A stretch of DNA of 64,000 bases. Source: Candidatus Latescibacterota bacterium (GTDB taxonomy: Bacteria > Latescibacterota > UBA2968). The stretch spans positions 3,616,001 through 3,680,000 of the forward strand of contig OZ242195.1 of assembly GCA_965205975.1 (NCBI GenBank). The letters are read 5' to 3'. Positions 58,632 to 64,000 of this stretch are shown one piece after another; within the stretch, counting starts at the first letter, position 1; the number at the start of each line of letters is the position of its first letter. The notes under the pieces are model-generated. The model did no database searches, had not been told where the DNA came from, and saw nothing but the letters and a program-made list of their open reading frames with translations. Made by a program: the position numbers and the translations under genes.

Positions 58632-60092
58632 TCAATACGGATGCGTCCGCACTGGCAGAGGATCGCGCGCTTTGATGATGCGTTCCATCAGTTCGTCTTT
58701 CAACTGGCGCTTGACCTGCTCCCTGCCAGCATCATCCCACAGATTGACAAATTCGTTGGGGTCAGATTCGAGATCGTACAATTCGCCATACCCCTTCCCA
58801 ACGTAGTAGCTATAGCGCCATTTCAGCGACCGAAGTGTATATACACCTGGTTCTTGCGGGACACCGGTCTGGGCAATATCCGGATTCTCTATCCCATCGA
58901 CATACGAATCTATAAAAGCCGCATCGTACCCGGTAGCGGTGCTGTCGGTAGTCAGCGCAGACACCTGGGATCGTCCCTGCACACCAGACGGCAGTATTAC
59001 ACCGGCCAGATCAGATAGTGTCGGGAAGATATCTATGGACTGCACAATATTGCCCAACCGCTTACCTTGCTGCAAACGTGAACCCCAGTTGTAAATCATC
59101 GGCACACTGGCACTTTGCTCATAATGCACAAAGCCTTTGTACCAGTCGAAATGATCACCGAGCAAATCGCCGTGATCTGCGGTGAAAGCGATGATCGTAT
59201 TTTCCCGGATTCCCAGATCATCGAGCGTTTCGAGAATACGCCCGACCGAGTCATCAATCAATGTCACCTCACCGTAATACTGGGTCCGAGCGGCAGCCAC
59301 GTTCTCATTCTGCTTGCTACGGGCCAGCGCGCGTTTGCGAACAGGTTCTGGTTTGCCATCCAATTCACCTTCTCGACGAATGGGCGCGGGCATATCAGCC
59401 TCATTGTACATCTCCCTATAAGGCGAAGGTGGATTGTAACTGTGATGCGGATCGACAAAAGAGCAAAACGCAAAGAATGGATCACCGTTCTGGTGGCAGT
59501 CCTGAATAAATCGGATGGTATGGTCTGCCGACCAGGTGCTATTGTGCAATTCCAACGGAATTTCATGATCCGGCTTGCCAGCGTGTTCTGGATAATTTTT
59601 CTCAATCCAATACGCTTGTTCGCCACGGCGACCATCGTCTCCAATATGGAATTCCTGAAATCCATAATAAGGCTCAGATCGCGTATCCATACGAGGTATC
59701 GTATGCACAAAAGGCGGCCGGTCAAAGTGACATTGAAAATGAAATTTCCCTGCGCCTCCCGTCCGATAGCCCTGTTCCATAAAAGTCTGCGCCATGGTGA
59801 TTTCATCCAGCGGCAAATCCACACCGCAATGGCGCACCCCATGTGCCAGTGGGTACCGACCTGTAAAGATCGATGCCCGGGCTGGCATACAGATCGGATG
59901 CTGGGTCCAGCACTGCTCACACAACACGCCTTCCGCCGCCAGGCGGTCAATATTCGGCGTTTGAATAACCGGATCACCGTAACAACCAAGCGCAGCCTTG
60001 CGATGCTGATCAGTCATAATGAACAATACATTGGGGCGGGAAGGGTGCAGACCCGATGATTCGCGTGCTTTCACAACAGTTTCACCTTTCAA
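58632..60092 (-). CDS. Sulfatase
   Basis: PNVLFIMTDQ, CMPARASIFTG, DPHH, ADHG. Confidence 0.92.
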   Translation of the reverse strand: MKGETVVKARESSGLHPSRPNVLFIMTDQHRKAALGCYGDPVIQTPNIDRLAAEGVLCEQCWTQHPICMPARASIFTGRYPLAHGVRHCGVDLPLDEITMAQTFMEQGYRTGGAGKFHFQCHFDRPPFVHTIPRMDTRSEPYYGFQEFHIGDDGRRGEQAYWIEKNYPEHAGKPDHEIPLELHNSTWSADHTIRFIQDCHQNGDPFFAFCSFVDPHHSYNPPSPYREMYNEADMPAPIRREGELDGKPEPVRKRALARSKQNENVAAARTQYYGEVTLIDDSVGRILETLDDLGIRENTIIAFTADHGDLLGDHFDWYKGFVHYEQSASVPMIYNWGSRLQQGKRLGNIVQSIDIFPTLSDLAGVILPSGVQGRSQVSALTTDSTATGYDAAFIDSYVDGIENPDIAQTGVPQEPGVYTLRSLKWRYSYYVGKGYGELYDLESDPNEFVNLWDDAGREQVKRQLKDELMERIIKARDPLPVRTHPY

Positions 60093-60102
60093 TGAACAAT
60101 AA

Positions 60103-61314
60103 TCAGGTCTTTTTCAGATCTTCCCTGGCCATTTGCTCCCTTTCTCGGCGCATCGCCTCACCCAATCCACTTTTGTAATAGTATTCCGGTGGCCACCAGT
60201 GCTCCGTCTGTCGCATGTTTGGAGCATCGTGGTCCTGACTCAAGTCGCAGTCAAATCGAGCCAGGATACTGTGCTTTCCTACGCCTGTAAAGTGACAAAG
60301 CCCCCACGTAATCCCACGTCCGTTGTCGGTATTGGTAAACGCATCCGGCACATAGGGTCCCGGGGCGATGGGCATCAGGCTGACAGTAGATGCGATCTCG
60401 AAATTGATTCCGTCTGGAGCGAACTGAATCGTATTGTGCTCATTCCCATGTCGAATCGCAAGCGCGGCAATCCCGCCCTTGAAGGGAAACAGACCCGTTT
60501 CATGTCCCGAATTCAACACGGGATTGAGCGGACATTTTTCAAAAGGCCCCAGCGGATCGTCGGCAATGGCCAATCCCTGCAATCGGATGTTTTGCTTCCG
60601 TGCTGCGTTCATATCCGATTTATAGTACAGATAGATTCGACCTTTGTACACCAGTGGATAGGGATCGTGAATAGAGAACTGATCCCAGGACCCTTCTGGA
60701 CCATTCGGGATCACGACCTCCTGTGTCGGTGTCCAGGGCCCATTCGGCGAATCTGCATAGGAGACCGATACAGGGCAATCATCACCGCGCGTACCCGACA
60801 TCTCCAGAAAGCTCTGATAGTAAAGATAGTATCTATCCTTCCAAACGAGAATGTCGGGAGTGGAAACAGACCGCCATCCGGCGTGCGGTTTGGCAGGTCG
60901 TGGCACCGCAACGCCCTGTTCTTCCCATACAAAACCATCTTCGCTCGTAGCATACCAGATTTCTGACAAATCCCAGTCAGTAGATGGAATCAATTCTGCG
61001 CCTCGTCCCGGACCCTGCGGAGGCGCATCCGTACTTCGCCGCGTGTACCAGACGTAATACTTGCCATCGGCTTTGATTACCTTGCTCGGATCGCGCCTCG
61101 TAAGCCTACCATCCCCCCCCCGGTAATCCAGTCCTTCAAGCTCCGTATATCGAAACTGGGAATACAGCTCATTCCACCATGTAGAAGGCTCACTGTAGTT
61201 CGCAAAAAGCCGGTCCATCGCGCGGCTCAAAGGCAAATCCGGTCTTTCTCTTGGCATAACGTACGGAAAAAACGCTATACCCTTGTTCTTCTCATCGTTC
61301 ACAGGTATCTCCAT
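60103..61314 (-). CDS. GH117 3,6-anhydro-alpha-L-galactosidase-like enzyme
   Basis: SRAMDR (SxAxxR), RRDPS.VIK..GKYYVWYT, WDL.EIWYATS.DG, HDP, NSGHE. Confidence 0.88.
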   Translation of the reverse strand: MEIPVNDEKNKGIAFFPYVMPRERPDLPLSRAMDRLFANYSEPSTWWNELYSQFRYTELEGLDYRGGDGRLTRRDPSKVIKADGKYYVWYTRRSTDAPPQGPGRGAELIPSTDWDLSEIWYATSEDGFVWEEQGVAVPRPAKPHAGWRSVSTPDILVWKDRYYLYYQSFLEMSGTRGDDCPVSVSYADSPNGPWTPTQEVVIPNGPEGSWDQFSIHDPYPLVYKGRIYLYYKSDMNAARKQNIRLQGLAIADDPLGPFEKCPLNPVLNSGHETGLFPFKGGIAALAIRHGNEHNTIQFAPDGINFEIASTVSLMPIAPGPYVPDAFTNTDNGRGITWGLCHFTGVGKHSILARFDCDLSQDHDAPNMRQTEHWWPPEYYYKSGLGEAMRREREQMAREDLKKT

Positions 61315-62703
61315 TTAATAAATCAGCCGGCCTTTGCTTAACGCAGGCTCATTGTAGCGCTCCATCTGGGCAATCAACTCAGCTTTAAAGTTCTCTGCAA
61401 TCTCTTTGTATTCGGGATCGGTATATACATTGACCAGCTCATCCGGATCCTTATGCAGATCGTACAACCAGGGATCATCGACCTGTGAGAGAACCAGTTT
61501 ATAACGTCGGTTAACGGCCATAATGGTCTGCGATCCTGAAGTGGTCATATAGACAATGCGATCGTCATCTACCACCTTTTCATCACTGAGAAACGCCGCA
61601 GAATCATTTAACCCGTGGGCATTCGGAATCTCCTCCTCAATCCCCATAATGCCCAGAATCGTCGGACCGAAATCAACCGTCGTATAGGCGGTATTCACAA
61701 CTTTCCCCGGAGCGATCTTCTCGGGCCAGCGAATCACAAACGGAATCTTTGCACTGCCCTCGTAGGGCATTCCCTTGTTGTGGCGTCTATGTTCGCCCAT
61801 CAGGTCGCCATGATCGGCGGTAAAAATCACAATCGTATTCTGAGCCAGTCCCCCGGCTTCCAGATCTGCCAGAATGCGCCCCACATTGTCGTCGATACAT
61901 TTGACCATACCAAAATACCTCTGCATCTGTCTCTGATTCAGTTCACGGGCCGTATTCCTGTCTCCAACCCGGTGCCATTTCGGCATTTTCTCCACGGGAA
62001 AATCCATCGTGCGCGGATTTTGAAAAACCATATCTTGGTACATCGTGTCGTAGGGCGCGCGAACCGTATTTGGCCCGTGCGGATCCGGGATAGAGACCAT
62101 AATGCAAAAGGGTTGATTCTGATCGCGCTCGATAATTTCCAGGGTGCGGGTAGTCAACCAATCAGTTGTAAACGATTTTTCGTCGGCACCATCTACTCTG
62201 CTGGCAGGCTCACCCCTATTGTTCCTCGCCGCAATGTATGGTGTGCCGTCCTCTTTCAGCCCGAGTTTCTTCCAGTGACCGCGGTTCCACATATACCGAT
62301 TGTCCTCAAAACCAAATTTGTGCTCTGGCGCAAAACCGGGCTTGGCTTCTCCACCCAGATGCCACTTGCCGAGATATGAGGTGGCATAGCCCTGATTTTT
62401 GAGCACCTCGGCAAAAGTGATCAACCCCTCTTTCAGGGGGATATCGTTTTTATACACATCGGTGGCAATCGGATAAAGACCGGAAACAAAAGAGGCACGC
62501 GAAGGCGAGCAAACAGGCGACGACGAATAATAACTGTCGCAAATAGCGCCGTCCCGGGCGAGCGAATCAATATGAGGCGTATCTACCTTAACGCCTGGTC
62601 CCCAGACAAAAGCCTGATCTTCCGTCATCAAATCGCGATAACAACCCAACGTGCGAAAATTGTGTTCATCGGTGTGAATAATCAGCAAGTTTGGCTTACT
62701 CAT
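61315..62703 (-). CDS. Sulfatase
   Basis: PNLLIIHTDEH, CSPSRASFVSG, GKWHL, PDPH, ADHG. Confidence 0.92.
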   Translation of the reverse strand: MSKPNLLIIHTDEHNFRTLGCYRDLMTEDQAFVWGPGVKVDTPHIDSLARDGAICDSYYSSSPVCSPSRASFVSGLYPIATDVYKNDIPLKEGLITFAEVLKNQGYATSYLGKWHLGGEAKPGFAPEHKFGFEDNRYMWNRGHWKKLGLKEDGTPYIAARNNRGEPASRVDGADEKSFTTDWLTTRTLEIIERDQNQPFCIMVSIPDPHGPNTVRAPYDTMYQDMVFQNPRTMDFPVEKMPKWHRVGDRNTARELNQRQMQRYFGMVKCIDDNVGRILADLEAGGLAQNTIVIFTADHGDLMGEHRRHNKGMPYEGSAKIPFVIRWPEKIAPGKVVNTAYTTVDFGPTILGIMGIEEEIPNAHGLNDSAAFLSDEKVVDDDRIVYMTTSGSQTIMAVNRRYKLVLSQVDDPWLYDLHKDPDELVNVYTDPEYKEIAENFKAELIAQMERYNEPALSKGRLIY

Positions 62704-63539
62704 TTCGATCTCCCTTGCGTAATCGGTGGTCTTGATGGTTCAATCGGGCGAATAATCTTTCGACGAGCGGGCGTTAATCTCGCAACCAATTCATCGGAAT
62801 ATTCATACCCGAAACGATCTCGGGTCCAAAAAGACGAATAGCGATAAATCAATGCGCGGCGCTCTCCTTCGTTGGTCCTCACGCTGGCACCGTGAATAAG
62901 TGCATCTGTAAACACAACGGCATCTCCCGCCTTGAGATGCACCTCCTTGAGAAGGGGAGCCATATCACCGGGCTCGAGAACATAATCCTTCCTGCCCTGC
63001 CTTTTCTGATGCACCAGCGGATTTGGAAGATTGGACTTATGGGACCCGGGAACAACCAGTGTCCCACCATCCCCTGGACCAATATCATTCAGTGCCAGGA
63101 GAATGTTCAAATTGCCACAGAAAAATTTATTGTCGTGATATTCAAAACTCGTGCGATACATCTTATTGTGACCGCCAGCATGCAACCTCACATGGCTCCC
63201 ACGACGGATGATCGGAAGAAAATTCATCCAAATATGCAAACCGTGGTTATCCACGTACCGCTTGACAAACTCGATCCAGTTGGGATTGTCAATCAACGCC
63301 TCAAAACACGAACCCCCTTCGATAACATTCCTGAAACTCACACTGTGACTATTGGTATTGTCATTCTTCACAACATGAACATTGCCCAACCATTCCTCAC
63401 CAGCGTCGCTCAAAACAAGCCATTCATCGACCTTCTCATTGATCTCGGCAATGAGTTCTGGCTGCACAGCATTCTTTAAAATGAGAAAACCCTCAAGATC
63501 AAATCGATAATCATCCCATTCATCCGGTGCAGGTATCAT
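62700..63539 (-). CDS. PhyH family dioxygenase with HxG motif
   Basis: LHAGG, ALNDIGPGDGGT.VVPGSH, LIHG......ERR. Confidence 0.85.
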   Translation of the reverse strand: MIPAPDEWDDYRFDLEGFLILKNAVQPELIAEINEKVDEWLVLSDAGEEWLGNVHVVKNDNTNSHSVSFRNVIEGGSCFEALIDNPNWIEFVKRYVDNHGLHIWMNFLPIIRRGSHVRLHAGGHNKMYRTSFEYHDNKFFCGNLNILLALNDIGPGDGGTLVVPGSHKSNLPNPLVHQKRQGRKDYVLEPGDMAPLLKEVHLKAGDAVVFTDALIHGASVRTNEGERRALIYRYSSFWTRDRFGYEYSDELVARLTPARRKIIRPIEPSRPPITQGRSK

Positions 63540-63560
63540 ATTTCCATCCCTTCTTTAAAA

Positions 63561-64000
63561 TCATGCAGTCACAGATTGAACAGGCGGTCTTATCGGCACA
63601 ACGGGCCGCACAATTTTTCTGCGCTCAGATGTAAGCCTGGCGAGCAATTCTTCTGACGGCTCAAAACCAGTAGCATTTTTCATCCAAAATGCAGTATATC
63701 GATAGATCAGTATCCTGCGCTCGCCGTCATTGGTCCGCACACTGGCACCGTGTGTACAGGCATCCGTAAAAATAACAGCGTCGCCTGCATTGAGGTGCAT
63801 TTCCTTTAAATAGGGCGTCAGTTTCGTCTGCTCAACCACATTCTTATGTCGCCCATTTTCCTGCTCGAAAATCAAAGGATTAACCACATTGCATTTATGC
63901 GACCCGGGCACAATCATAGTACCGCCATCTCCTGGACCAATATCATTCAGCGCGAGCAAAACATTGAAATTGCCACAATAGAAATTATCATTATGATAGC
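63561..64000 (-). CDS. PhyH family dioxygenase, 3' part (runs off the window)
   Basis: YHNDNFYCGNFNVLLALNDIGPGDGGT.IVPGSH...HGASVRTN.GERR; close paralog of 62700-63539. Confidence 0.85.
   Translation of the reverse strand, partial: YHNDNFYCGNFNVLLALNDIGPGDGGTMIVPGSHKCNVVNPLIFEQENGRHKNVVEQTKLTPYLKEMHLNAGDAVIFTDACTHGASVRTNDGERRILIYRYTAFWMKNATGFEPSEELLARLTSERRKIVRPVVPIRPPVQSVTA

Overview
A 64-kb bacterial chromosomal segment with most genes on the minus strand. The gene content (8 intact Cys-type sulfatases, 6 PhyH-type Fe/2OG dioxygenases, several CAZymes, many short palindromic repeats) resembles marine, possibly sponge-associated, heterotrophs; that taxonomy is inference only. Housekeeping genes (cca, murA, rlmN, M23 peptidase, larC, clpP, helicase IV) alternate with sulfated-glycan catabolism genes (GH95, PL8, and a GH82-like/GH127/GH117/sulfatase red-algal galactan locus at the right end). 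Accessory or defence modules include AbiE, MntA-HepT, Rpn, an AlbA_2 ATPase and an AAA-DUF4143 ATPase. Best candidates for undescribed systems: (1) a TusA / DsrE / TusA-MetE-fusion sulfur-relay operon at 44.9-47.0 kb; (2) a 6.2-kb cassette between 25-bp inverted repeats encoding SLATT, an unannotated 42-aa polyproline peptide, a HEPN-like protein, a large helical protein, ASCH, RusA and a REase; (3) a BpsA-like aminopropyltransferase coupled to a DUF2156 protein; (4) a ~24-28-bp palindrome nested inside two different repeat families. No rRNA, tRNA or CRISPR array was recognised. All family calls come from motif recognition by eye, not database searches.
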